Part shown: positions 9,930 to 19,274 of the stretch, in pieces
Layout: the number at the start of each line of letters is the position of its first letter
Position numbering within the stretch: position 1 is the stretch's first letter
NCBI GenBank assembly: GCA_012520715.1
Contig: JAAYNT010000070.1
Span: 1-46,623 of the forward strand
Direction of reading: 5' to 3'
DNA length: 46,623 bases
From: Acholeplasmataceae bacterium
GTDB lineage: Bacteria; Bacillota_I; Bacilli_A; Acholeplasmatales; Acholeplasmataceae
Translations under genes and position numbers: made by a program
The notes under the pieces: model-generated
What the model saw: the letters and a program-made list of their open reading frames with translations, nothing else
What the model was told of the DNA's origin: nothing
Database searches by the model: none

Positions 9930-10112
9930 TTATACGTAGTGTAAGAAATAAATTAAAAAGACAATTCCTGCTGTAATAAAAAACGATAATATTAATAGGA
10001 TATATGAATGCTTATTTAAAAATTTAACCATACGATCAGTATTACTATTTACAGCAATCGTAATAAATGGTCTTGTTATAAATTTAATAATTCCATTAAA
10101 CAATTTTCTCAT
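9930..10112 (-). CDS. 60-aa membrane mini-protein (one C-terminal TM helix)
   Basis: AGGAGG SD 7 nt upstream of ATG 10112; the track start at 10115 is a TTG. Contains the TM segment ILLILSFFITAGIVFLIYFL. Tightly packed between cdaA and the sensor gene. Confidence 0.55.
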   Translation of the reverse strand: MRKLFNGIIKFITRPFITIAVNSNTDRMVKFLNKHSYILLILSFFITAGIVFLIYFLHYV

Positions 10113-10123
10113 CAAGATCCCTC

Positions 10124-10903
10124 CTATTTAATATATAAGTTAAGGTATTCAAATAGTTTTTCTCTACTATTTAACTTAATTAACATACTAGAAACAGCAA
10201 TTGAGATATCTCCTGTTTCTTCACTTACAATGATTGTTAAACTATCGCTATTTTCACTTACACCTAGTGCTGCACGGTGACGTGACCCCATTGTTTTATC
10301 AAATGCATCATTAGTAGACAGTGTAAAGTATGCGCCCGCACACACTATTTCATCTCCTCTAATAATAACGGCACCGTCATGCATTGGAGTAAGTGGAGTG
10401 AAAATATTTAGCAGTAATTCTTTTGTAACTCGCCCGTTAATTTGAATAGCTTTTTCAGCATAACGATCTAATGTATTATGGTTTTCCATTGTAATAATAG
10501 CACCAATCTTTCGATTAGATAACTCCATTACAGCATCAATGATATATTCTTTAGTTTGTTCTGAACTGACTCTAATACCTGATACTTTAGTTGTTTCTTG
10601 AGTCCAACCAGTATCATATTTGGCTCTAATGTCTGGTGCAATAATTACAACAACCCCAAGTGGTAATACAATAACGTTTAAATAAAATATAACATCCTTG
10701 ATCATTTCAATTGGTAGAGCTTCTGGCAAATTTGGAACTACTACCATGTAAACAAATATTGAAATAGCTAGAAAAAGTATTGCCGCTAAGACAACACTAA
10801 AAGTTTTTCTGTTGGTAAACATCGTTCTTAAAAAAGAATAAACTAATACCAAAATCAAATAACTAACTACAATTATTAACCAAATAGGATGTGTTTGCCA
10901 CAT
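10124..10903 (-). CDS. cdaA: diadenylate cyclase CdaA (membrane-bound DAC)
   Basis: Three N-terminal TM helices plus a DAC domain with PMHDGAVIIRG (DGA) and GSRHRAALGVSE (RHR). TAG stop. Confidence 0.93.
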   Translation of the reverse strand: MWQTHPIWLIIVVSYLILVLVYSFLRTMFTNRKTFSVVLAAILFLAISIFVYMVVVPNLPEALPIEMIKDVIFYLNVIVLPLGVVVIIAPDIRAKYDTGWTQETTKVSGIRVSSEQTKEYIIDAVMELSNRKIGAIITMENHNTLDRYAEKAIQINGRVTKELLLNIFTPLTPMHDGAVIIRGDEIVCAGAYFTLSTNDAFDKTMGSRHRAALGVSENSDSLTIIVSEETGDISIAVSSMLIKLNSREKLFEYLNLYIK

Positions 10904-10927
10904 AAAATCACCTCTTGTCTAGTAAAT

Positions 10928-10936
10928 ATTATACCA
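10928..10936 (-). promoter_or_regulatory. extended -10 promoter (TGGTATAAT) for cdaA
   Basis: Minus-strand TGGTATAAT about 25 nt upstream of the cdaA ATG, followed by an AGAGGTGA SD. Confidence 0.45.
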
Positions 10937-10955
10937 CAGAAATATCTAACATAGA

Positions 10956-10964
10956 TGGTATAAT
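10956..10964 (+). promoter_or_regulatory. extended -10 promoter (TGGTATAAT) for hflX
   Basis: Plus-strand TGGTATAAT, then an AAAGAGGTGA SD and a GTG start at 10985. Confidence 0.45.
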
Positions 10965-10984
10965 AGATATAAAGAGGTGATTTA

Positions 10985-12229
10985 GTGGATATAGCTATTT
11001 TAGGTGCTATCACCAAAGGTGATTCAATCGAAGCAACTACCCGTTCACTCCACGAATTAAAAGCTCTAGCAGAAACTCTTTCTATAAACGGAGTTGAGAT
11101 GGTAATTCAAAATCGTGACACTCCTACTGCTAGCGCTTATTTTGGAAGAGGAAAGGTATTAGAAATAAAACAACTAGCTGAAACTAATAACGCTAGTATT
11201 TTAATTGTTGATGATACCCTATCTCCAGCACAAATTAGAAATTTAGAAGAAATTTTAGAACTTCAAATTATTGATAGAAGTTTTTTAATCTTACAAATTT
11301 TTTCCCTAAGAGCCCAAACTCTTGAAGCAATATTGGAAGTTAGACTTGCTCAAAACCAATATATGCTTCCAAGATTAGTTGGCCTTGGTAAGTCTTTATC
11401 CAGACAAGGTGGCGGTTCATATAACGCCAAAGGTCCAGGGGAGACTAAATTAGAATTAGATCGTCGTAAACTTCTTGATGACATTGCAAGAGTTAAACGA
11501 GAATTAAAAGATATTCAAAAAGCTAAAAATATCTCAAGAAAACAAAGACGTCGTAATGAAATACCGGTTGTTGTTTTAGTTGGCTATACTAACGCTGGTA
11601 AGTCAGCTACTTATAACTCATTAGTATCAAAGTTAGAAAATAAAAATGAAGAATTAACTTTTGAAAAAGATATGCTATTTGCAACTCTTGATACTAAATC
11701 CAAATTATTAAGAGCTCCTAATAGACCACCATTTTTATTAATTGATACAGTTGGATTTATTCATAAATTACCTCCTGAGTTAGTAAACTCATTTGAGTCT
11801 ACTTTATCTGATATTAAAGATGCAGATTTAATATTACATGTTGTTGACGGCTTAAATGCTTCTAGTGAAGAGTTAGCTATTACTAAAGAAATATTAACTA
11901 AACTAGATGCAAATGAAATAGAAAGGTTATTAGTTGTTACTAAATCAGACTTACTTGATAAACCTTTAATGTTACATGATGATTTTTTATTAATATCTAA
12001 TAAAACACATGATAATATAGATCTTTTAGTTTCTAATATTTATTATCACCTTTATAATGACAATGTTATTAAAGAATTATTAATACCTTTTGATCAAGGT
12101 CAGATTTTTAATTACTTAAAAAATAACAACAACGTTATTTTAACTAAGTTTTTAGATAATGGTATATATTTAAAAACCTCGCTTACACCAAGCGAGGTTA
12201 ATAGGTTTAAAAAATATATAATTAATTAA
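10985..12229 (+). CDS. hflX: GTPase HflX
   Basis: HflX N-terminal domain plus a G domain (GYTNAGKSATYN, DTVGFI). GTG start. Confidence 0.9.
   Translation: MDIAILGAITKGDSIEATTRSLHELKALAETLSINGVEMVIQNRDTPTASAYFGRGKVLEIKQLAETNNASILIVDDTLSPAQIRNLEEILELQIIDRSFLILQIFSLRAQTLEAILEVRLAQNQYMLPRLVGLGKSLSRQGGGSYNAKGPGETKLELDRRKLLDDIARVKRELKDIQKAKNISRKQRRRNEIPVVVLVGYTNAGKSATYNSLVSKLENKNEELTFEKDMLFATLDTKSKLLRAPNRPPFLLIDTVGFIHKLPPELVNSFESTLSDIKDADLILHVVDGLNASSEELAITKEILTKLDANEIERLLVVTKSDLLDKPLMLHDDFLLISNKTHDNIDLLVSNIYYHLYNDNVIKELLIPFDQGQIFNYLKNNNNVILTKFLDNGIYLKTSLTPSEVNRFKKYIIN
12167..12198 (-). terminator. terminator for the aminotransferase gene, embedded in the 3' coding end of hflX
   Basis: On the minus strand: ACCTCGCTT-GGTGT-AAGCGAGGT followed by TTTTAAATAT. 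It begins 27 nt after the minus-strand stop. Confidence 0.5.
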
Positions 12230-13389
12230 TCTTTATATTGGTCTAAAAACTCTCCAAGAGCATTTAATCCTAATTTTAATTGTTTTTGTGAGCACGCAAA
12301 ATTAAATCTAATATAACCACGACAATCTTCATCGTATCTTCTACCTTCATTAATAATGATACCCATCTTTTTTAATTCTTCTTGCATCTTCACACAAGAC
12401 ATACCTAAGTATCCTAAATCTAACCAAGCAAGAAAAGTACCTTCAGTTTTAGTAACACCAACTTTAGGATAGTTAGTTTCAAAAAACTCTTTTAAATATT
12501 TAAAGTTTCTAGTTAAATGAATGTTTTGTTTATCTAACCACTCTTCAGCATGATTATATGCTGACTTAACTCCGGTTAGTCCAAAAACATTACCAAAACT
12601 AATATATTTATGTCTTAAGAACTCTCTGAACTCTTCAGCGAGTTTTTTATTTTTAATAATAACATTAGATGTTTTAAGTCCGGCTAGACCAAATGATTTA
12701 GAAATTGATGTAAATACAGCAATTTTACTATGTCTATCTGCAAATTCATTAACTGATACAAATTCATTAGAATCAAGCATAATATCACAATGAATTTCAT
12801 CAGATAAAATAAATGCATCATACTTAATAGCAAGATCAACAACTTTTTCTAACTCTTGATAAGTAAATACTCGTCCAGTTGGATTTTGAGGATTACAAAG
12901 CAAGATCATTTTACTACCAGCTTTTAATTGTTCTTCAAGCTCAACATAGTTCATAGTATAATAATTATTCTCTTTTAATAGTCTGTTTTTAACAACTTTT
13001 TTATCATTGTCTAATATTACTGAATAAAAAGGATTATATACTGGTGGTTGGATAATAACACTGTCAGTGTTATCTCCAAAGTGTTTAATCGCATAATATA
13101 GCGATGTTACAACACCATTGGTTGGAATAATATTATCTTTATCAATAGTATAGTTATATCTTTTTTTAGTCCAATTAATAATTGCATCAAAATATTCATC
13201 ATCTGGATAAGAATAACCATAGATAGGGTGTTTTACTCTTTTTTTCAAACATTTCTCTATTTCTTTTGCTGTTGGATAATCACTATCAGCAATCGAAAAA
13301 GGAATTATTTTACTTTTATCTCCTTCGATCATATCCCATTTTACACATCCAGTGTTTTTACGAGAGATATTTCTATTAAATCTTCGCAT
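12226..13389 (-). CDS. PLP-dependent aminotransferase class I/II, MalY/PatB-type (cystathionine beta-lyase-like)
   Basis: PLP-lysine motif SISKSFGLAGLK, about 385 aa. Start moved to the ATG of MRRFNR; the track start at 13398 is the GTG inside the GAGGTGA SD. Confidence 0.8.
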   Translation of the reverse strand: MRRFNRNISRKNTGCVKWDMIEGDKSKIIPFSIADSDYPTAKEIEKCLKKRVKHPIYGYSYPDDEYFDAIINWTKKRYNYTIDKDNIIPTNGVVTSLYYAIKHFGDNTDSVIIQPPVYNPFYSVILDNDKKVVKNRLLKENNYYTMNYVELEEQLKAGSKMILLCNPQNPTGRVFTYQELEKVVDLAIKYDAFILSDEIHCDIMLDSNEFVSVNEFADRHSKIAVFTSISKSFGLAGLKTSNVIIKNKKLAEEFREFLRHKYISFGNVFGLTGVKSAYNHAEEWLDKQNIHLTRNFKYLKEFFETNYPKVGVTKTEGTFLAWLDLGYLGMSCVKMQEELKKMGIIINEGRRYDEDCRGYIRFNFACSQKQLKLGLNALGEFLDQYKD

Positions 13390-13414
13390 TTTAATCACCT
13401 CAAACTCCGTATCT

Positions 13415-13423
13415 ATTATAACA
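13415..13423 (-). promoter_or_regulatory. extended -10 promoter (TGTTATAAT) for the aminotransferase gene
   Basis: Minus-strand TGTTATAAT between the dusB stop and the GAGGTGA SD. Confidence 0.4.
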
Positions 13424-13432
13424 CTATCTTAG

Positions 13433-14422
13433 TTAGTTGTTCAGTTGTTTTTCTAATTCATCAAAATAGTTTTTAATTAATAATAAAAAATCATCTTTCT
13501 TATTAGATTTAACTAATTTAGTTCTAACTTTTGCATTACCAGGTAAACCCGTTAAATAATATGAACCTAGCCCTCTCATTTCTAAAATGCCTAGCTTTTC
13601 TCCTTTTAAATCAATCAAGCCTTCTAGATGTCTTTTAATTATTTGATACATCTCACTAAATGAAGGTCTAGGTAGAATTTCGTTATATTTAAGGTAGTGG
13701 TTAACTTCTCTAAATATCCACGGGTTACCAAGAGCCGCTCTACCTATCATAACGGCATCACAACCTGTTTCTTCTAACATTTTTTTAGCTGAAGGACCAT
13801 CTACTACATCCCCGTTACCTATAACCGAAATATTTACAGCTTCTTTAACAGCTTTAATAATTTTCCAATCAGCTTTTCCTGAGTAACCTTGAGAGCGGGT
13901 TCTTGCGTGAACAGCAATGGCATCTGCTCCAGCTTTTTCTACAATTTTGGCAACTTCAACAGCATTAATTGAATCAAAATCCCAACCACTTCTAATTTTT
14001 ACAGTTACTGGTTTTTTAACTGCTTCTTTAACAGCTTTAATAATATTGTAAATGGCATCTGGATCTTTAAGTAATGCGGCTCCAGCTTGCGATTTCATAG
14101 CCACCTTAGGAACCGGACAACCCATATTAATATCGATAATATCGCAATTAACATTGTTATCTAAATATATAGCTGCTTCTACTAAAAACTCTAAATTTGA
14201 ACCAAATATTTGTTGACTAATTGGTGCTTCATCTAAATCGATTGTTAATAGTTCATAAGTCTTTTCATTCTTAAAATGCAGAGCATGATCAGAAACCATC
14301 TCTGCAACTACTAAACCCGCGCCCATTTCTTTGCAAATCTTACGAAACGGAAGATTTGATACTCCAGCCATTGGCGCTAAGACTAATTTATTTTTTATTT
14401 CGATATTACCTATTTTAAACAT
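13433..14422 (-). CDS. dusB: tRNA-dihydrouridine synthase (DusB-like)
   Basis: LAPMAGVSNLPFR N-terminus, TIM-barrel Dus pattern, about 330 aa. Confidence 0.9.
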   Translation of the reverse strand: MFKIGNIEIKNKLVLAPMAGVSNLPFRKICKEMGAGLVVAEMVSDHALHFKNEKTYELLTIDLDEAPISQQIFGSNLEFLVEAAIYLDNNVNCDIIDINMGCPVPKVAMKSQAGAALLKDPDAIYNIIKAVKEAVKKPVTVKIRSGWDFDSINAVEVAKIVEKAGADAIAVHARTRSQGYSGKADWKIIKAVKEAVNISVIGNGDVVDGPSAKKMLEETGCDAVMIGRAALGNPWIFREVNHYLKYNEILPRPSFSEMYQIIKRHLEGLIDLKGEKLGILEMRGLGSYYLTGLPGNAKVRTKLVKSNKKDDFLLLIKNYFDELEKQLNN

Positions 14423-14984
14423 TCAAATATCGCTCCTCGAATATTTTTAATTCTTCTAGGAACTTTTTAATTGGAAATCCAATAATATTATCAAGTTCAC
14501 CATTCCATTTTACTACAAAATCACTAGCTTTACCTTGAATTGCATATGCTCCTGCTTTATCATATGGTTCTTTTGTTTTAATATAATCAATTATCTCTTC
14601 ATCACTAACATCTCTAAATACTACTTCACTAATTGCATGAAAAGTATGAACATGGTTATTATAAACAATAGCAACACCTGTTACTACTTCTTGGTAATGA
14701 TTTGATAGTTTTTTTAAAATAGAAAAAGCATCATCGAAATCTTTTGGTTTTCCTAAAACTTCTCCGTTTACTAAAACAATTGTATCAGCACCTATTACAA
14801 TTTTATTTGGATAGTTAATACTTACTTCTTTTGCTTTCCCATAAGCAACTTTTTCGGCTAGTAAATATGGGTTAGGTTCACTTATGCTTGATTCATCAAA
14901 TTTTGATGCTACAATTTCAAAATTTAAGTGCGCTTTTTCAAATATTTCTTTTCTTCTTGGAGATACGCTTGCTAAAATATACAT
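14415..14984 (-). CDS. maf: Maf-like nucleoside triphosphate pyrophosphatase
   Basis: LASVSPRRKEI and AGAYAIQG motifs. Confidence 0.88.
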   Translation of the reverse strand: MYILASVSPRRKEIFEKAHLNFEIVASKFDESSISEPNPYLLAEKVAYGKAKEVSINYPNKIVIGADTIVLVNGEVLGKPKDFDDAFSILKKLSNHYQEVVTGVAIVYNNHVHTFHAISEVVFRDVSDEEIIDYIKTKEPYDKAGAYAIQGKASDFVVKWNGELDNIIGFPIKKFLEELKIFEERYLNV

Positions 14985-15044
14985 TTTTCTTGCTCCTATC
15001 TAATCTTATCTATATACTATATTATAACCTTTTTGTTTATTATA

Positions 15045-15053
15045 TGCTATAAT
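15045..15053 (+). promoter_or_regulatory. extended -10 promoter (TGCTATAAT) for tilS-hpt-ftsH
   Basis: Plus-strand TGCTATAAT 25 nt upstream of the tilS ATG. AGGTGA SD. Confidence 0.45.
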
Positions 15054-15077
15054 AAGTTAGAAAGACTAGGTGATTAA

Positions 15078-16376
15078 ATGCGTAAGTTTGCCAGACAATT
15101 TCAACATGAAATCGACATCGATTTTAAAAAAACACTAGTAGTTTCAGTAAGCGGTGGACTCGACTCCATGGTTTTACTAGATTTTTTAAGACGAATGAAT
15201 TTAAACCTTGTCGTTGTTCATTTTAACCATCAAAAAAGAGCTAATTCAGACAAAGAAGCTGAGATGGTAAAGGAATATACTGAAAAGTATCATATCCCAT
15301 TTAACTATTATAAATTAACAATCAATTCATCAGATTTTCAAAATAGAGCAAGAATATTAAGACATCGCCACTTAGAAGAGGTTGCTTCACGTCTTAATAC
15401 TCCTTATATCGTTACAGCCCATCATTTAGATGACTTATTAGAAACTGTATTAATTAGTTTAACAAGAGGTTCTAATATTTTAGGATATGCTGGAATGAGA
15501 CAAATTACCGAAATTGGTAATTATACTTATGTTAAACCATTTTTATATCTTGAAAAAGCTGAGTTATTAGACTATGCCAACAGGCACAGAGTTCCATATA
15601 TGGAAGATGAATCTAATTATACATCTGAGTATTTAAGAAATCGTTATAGACTTACACTTGTTCCAATTATGAAACAAGAAAACCCTAATTTATTACAAAT
15701 GATCAAACAATATAATATGCAACTAGTTGCTGCATATGATGATATTAGATCACAAGCAATCGCATTTTTAGATGATAGAGAAACTATTAACATTCCAAGA
15801 TTTAGATTTCTATCTACCGCAGTTCAAGATGATGTCATTGCTTATTTACTTGAAACTAATAAAGTTAACATTAACTATCGTTTAATTGAAAGAATTAGAA
15901 AAGTACTTCTTTCTAAAAAACCTAATCAAACAGTTAATTTATCTAATCAATTTCAATTAGTTAAGTTTTATGAAAAAGCGGAAATAAAACCAACTTCAGA
16001 GTTTTATTTCAAAAAGATTAGAATTAAAGAAGCCGATCCTAAGTCTAAAGTACACTTAGATGAGTTTTCTTATTCTAGTAAAAGAGTAAATACAACTGCC
16101 TTACAAGTAAGAATTTCTTATGATCAAATAGAATTTCCGCTTTGGGCAAGAAATAGATTAGATGGCGACATTTTAGAATATGACTATGGTCGTAAAAAAT
16201 TAAAGAAATTTTTAATTGATGAAAAAATTCCAATGGAAGAACGTCAAAACTTATGGATTATTACAGATAATCAAGATCGTATCCTATGGATACCAAATCA
16301 CTACATCAACCAGAATTTGGGGACTGGTCGATCACTTTATATAACATTTTATGGGGGAAAAGATGATGAAAAATGA
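15078..16376 (+). CDS. tilS: tRNA(Ile)-lysidine synthase
   Basis: PP-loop VSGGLDSMVLL. Position upstream of hpt-ftsH as in Bacillus. TGA stop. Confidence 0.9.
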   Translation: MRKFARQFQHEIDIDFKKTLVVSVSGGLDSMVLLDFLRRMNLNLVVVHFNHQKRANSDKEAEMVKEYTEKYHIPFNYYKLTINSSDFQNRARILRHRHLEEVASRLNTPYIVTAHHLDDLLETVLISLTRGSNILGYAGMRQITEIGNYTYVKPFLYLEKAELLDYANRHRVPYMEDESNYTSEYLRNRYRLTLVPIMKQENPNLLQMIKQYNMQLVAAYDDIRSQAIAFLDDRETINIPRFRFLSTAVQDDVIAYLLETNKVNINYRLIERIRKVLLSKKPNQTVNLSNQFQLVKFYEKAEIKPTSEFYFKKIRIKEADPKSKVHLDEFSYSSKRVNTTALQVRISYDQIEFPLWARNRLDGDILEYDYGRKKLKKFLIDEKIPMEERQNLWIITDNQDRILWIPNHYINQNLGTGRSLYITFYGGKDDEK

Positions 16377-16902
16377 TATTTTAAAAGTTTTAGTAACTGA
16401 AGATGAAATTAAACAAATTTGTAAAAAACTTGGCAAAGAAATTACCAAAGATTACCAAGGAAAAGAATTAGTTATTGTTGGGCTACTTAAAGGATGTAAT
16501 CCTTTTATGGCCGACTTAATAAGAGAAATAGATTTATTCCTAAAAGTTGATTACTTATCAGTATCAAGCTATCAAGGAACTGAATCAACTGGTGATGTTA
16601 GAATCAGAATGGACTTAAGTGAGCCAATATCAGGAAAACACGTCTTAATTGCTGAAGATATAGTTGATACTGGTACTACCATTACAACAGTTAAAAAATT
16701 ATTACTACATCGCGGAGCTTTAAGTGTAAAGATTGTTACTCTTTTAGACAAACCAGAAGGTAGATTGATGGAGTGCATACCAGAATACATAGGAACTGTA
16801 GTACCTAATGAATTTGTAGTTGGTTATGGCTTAGATTTTAATGAAGATTATAGAAATCTACCTTATGTTGGTGTCTTAAAGCCAAGCGCGTATGAGAAAT
16901 GA
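16363..16902 (+). CDS. hpt: hypoxanthine phosphoribosyltransferase
   Basis: PRPP motif VLIAEDIVDTGTT. Start set at the ATGATG of MMKNDILK, downstream of a G-rich SD. Confidence 0.92.
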   Translation: MMKNDILKVLVTEDEIKQICKKLGKEITKDYQGKELVIVGLLKGCNPFMADLIREIDLFLKVDYLSVSSYQGTESTGDVRIRMDLSEPISGKHVLIAEDIVDTGTTITTVKKLLLHRGALSVKIVTLLDKPEGRLMECIPEYIGTVVPNEFVVGYGLDFNEDYRNLPYVGVLKPSAYEK

Positions 16903-16910
16903 GGTAAAAT

Positions 16911-19037
16911 ATGCAAAAACAAGATAAACCACAAGCTCCACGTCGCAGACCCGATTTTTTAGTAATCATTATTATGATTGCTTTATTTATTGGAGTATTC
17001 TTTTTTATTCGCGACGCCTTAAGACCACAAGTCTTAAATATATCAGATGTTGAATTAAATACTTTAATTGAACAAAGTACTTCTTCAGCTGATCCATCTC
17101 CAATTAAAGGTATTTCTATTACACCACACGGAAATAATCCGATGAACGGATATATTGTTACTGGACAATTTGCAGATGACTTTTCATTTAACGGTGAAAA
17201 AGCAGGTTCTCCATTTATTTTAGGTGGCGGTGGAACGATTAGCCAAAGAAAAGTAAATGAACTCGAAGAGTTAATTTACACACATAACATGGCTAAAGGT
17301 ACCGCAAACCAAGCTCAGTGGATCCAATATCAAGGATTAACTCCTTACTCTGGTGTTACGTTTTGGAGTGTAGTTTTAAACTTACTACCATGGATTGCAA
17401 TTGGACTAATGATCTTCCTTGTTTATCGAAATGCATCAAACCAAAACACAAGAGCATTTGACTTTGCTAAAAGCCGGGCTCGTGTTGCTAAGAAAAGAAC
17501 TGTTAGTTTTGCTGATGTAGCTGGTGCAGATGAAGAAAAAGAAGAATTAATGGAAGTTGTTGATTTTCTTAAAAATCCAAAAAAATATCAAGACATTGGT
17601 GCAAGAATACCAAAAGGAGTTCTACTTGTTGGACCTCCTGGTACTGGTAAAACATTAATTGCTAAGGCCGTTGCCGGTGAAGCAAGTGTTCCATTTTTTA
17701 CAATTAGTGGTTCTGACTTTGTTGAGATGTTCGTTGGGGTTGGTGCTTCAAGAGTAAGAGATTTATTCAAAGTAGCAACAGAAAACTCACCATGTATTAT
17801 CTTTATTGACGAAATTGACGCAGTCGGGCGTCAAAGAGGTGCCGGTTTAGGTGGCGGACATGATGAAAGAGAGCAAACACTAAACCAACTATTAGTTGAA
17901 ATGGATGGATTTAATCCAAACTTAGGTATTATTGTAATGGCTGCAACTAACCGTCCTGACGTATTAGACCCAGCTCTACTTCGTCCTGGTCGTTTTGACC
18001 GTCAAATTACAATTGACTTACCAGACGTTAGAGCAAGAGCTCAAATTTTAGCAGTTCATGCTAGAAACAAACGTTTAGAACCAGATATTGACCTAAAATC
18101 AGTAGCTCATAGAATTCCAGGATTTAGTGGTGCTGATATTGAAAACTTATTAAACGAAGCTGCACTTCTTGCAGCTAGAAATAATAGAACAGTTATTTCA
18201 ATTAAAGATATTGATGAAGGTATTGACCGTGTTATTATGGGACCTGCCAAAACATCAAGAAAGTATAATGAAACTGAAAGACGTACTGTTGCTTACCATG
18301 AAGCTGGTCACGCAGTAATTGGCTTAATGGTTGAGCATGCACGTGTTGTACAAAAAGTTACAATTATCCCACGCGGTAAAGCGGGTGGGTACAACTTAAT
18401 GGTACCAAAGGAAGAAACATTCCTTGATACTAAAGAATCACTTCTTGCTTCTATTACAAGCTATTTAGCTGGTAGAGTTGCTGAAGAGATTGTCTTTGAT
18501 ACTGTTACAAATGGTGCTTATAACGACTTCCAAATGGCAACAAGAATCGCAAGAGCCATGGTTACAGAATATGGTATGTCAGACTTAGGTCCAATTCAAT
18601 ATGAACAACAAGCTGGTAATGTCTTCTTAGGAAGAGATTACTTAAAAGAGAAAAACTTCTCTGATCAAGTTGCTCATGAAATTGACCAAGAAGTTAGAAA
18701 GATTATTGATGAATGTCACCAAAGAGCAACTCAAGTAATTACTGAAAACCGTGAACTTTTAGATAATATTGCTAAATATCTACTTCTAGTTGAAACTCTA
18801 ACTTATCCAGATATTCAAGAAATTAAAAAGACTGGTGGCTTAAAATCATATGATGAAGAAGCTAACAACAAACCTAAAAATGAAGAAAAGCCACAAGTTA
18901 TTGAGGCCGAAGTAGTTGAAAGCGAAAATAAAACTGAAGAAGTTTTAGAAGGTATTTTAAAAGATATTGAAAAGGAAGATGACACTTCTAATAAAGAAGA
19001 TATTAAAGTTGAAGATAAAGTAGACGATAATAAATGA
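16911..19037 (+). CDS. ftsH: ATP-dependent zinc metalloprotease FtsH
   Basis: Two TM segments, Walker [10 protein letters not shown], zinc motif HEAGHAV. Confidence 0.96.
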   Translation: MQKQDKPQAPRRRPDFLVIIIMIALFIGVFFFIRDALRPQVLNISDVELNTLIEQSTSSADPSPIKGISITPHGNNPMNGYIVTGQFADDFSFNGEKAGSPFILGGGGTISQRKVNELEELIYTHNMAKGTANQAQWIQYQGLTPYSGVTFWSVVLNLLPWIAIGLMIFLVYRNASNQNTRAFDFAKSRARVAKKRTVSFADVAGADEEKEELMEVVDFLKNPKKYQDIGARIPKGVLLVGPPGTGKTLIAKAVAGEASVPFFTISGSDFVEMFVGVGASRVRDLFKVATENSPCIIFIDEIDAVGRQRGAGLGGGHDEREQTLNQLLVEMDGFNPNLGIIVMAATNRPDVLDPALLRPGRFDRQITIDLPDVRARAQILAVHARNKRLEPDIDLKSVAHRIPGFSGADIENLLNEAALLAARNNRTVISIKDIDEGIDRVIMGPAKTSRKYNETERRTVAYHEAGHAVIGLMVEHARVVQKVTIIPRGKAGGYNLMVPKEETFLDTKESLLASITSYLAGRVAEEIVFDTVTNGAYNDFQMATRIARAMVTEYGMSDLGPIQYEQQAGNVFLGRDYLKEKNFSDQVAHEIDQEVRKIIDECHQRATQVITENRELLDNIAKYLLLVETLTYPDIQEIKKTGGLKSYDEEANNKPKNEEKPQVIEAEVVESENKTEEVLEGILKDIEKEDDTSNKEDIKVEDKVDDNK

Positions 19038-19273
19038 GACTAGATAAATACTTAAAAGTATCAAGAATTATTAAAAGGCGTACGATAGCTAAAGAAGCTG
19101 CTGACGCCGATCTAGTTTTAATTAATGGGAAGGTGGCAAAGCCATCTTCTTCTATTAAAGTAGATGATATTCTAACGGTTTCTCTTGGAAGCCGAACTAG
19201 AGAGATAAAAATTACTTCTCTTGATCCAAAGGAAGAAATGTTTATCGTATTAAAAAACGAAAAGAGGTTTTAA
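19034..19273 (+). CDS. S4-domain RNA-binding protein (YabO/RqcP-like)
   Basis: [17 protein letters not shown]4 signature, 79 aa. ATGA overlap with ftsH. Confidence 0.8.
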   Translation: MRLDKYLKVSRIIKRRTIAKEAADADLVLINGKVAKPSSSIKVDDILTVSLGSRTREIKITSLDPKEEMFIVLKNEKRF

Positions 19274-19274
19274 A

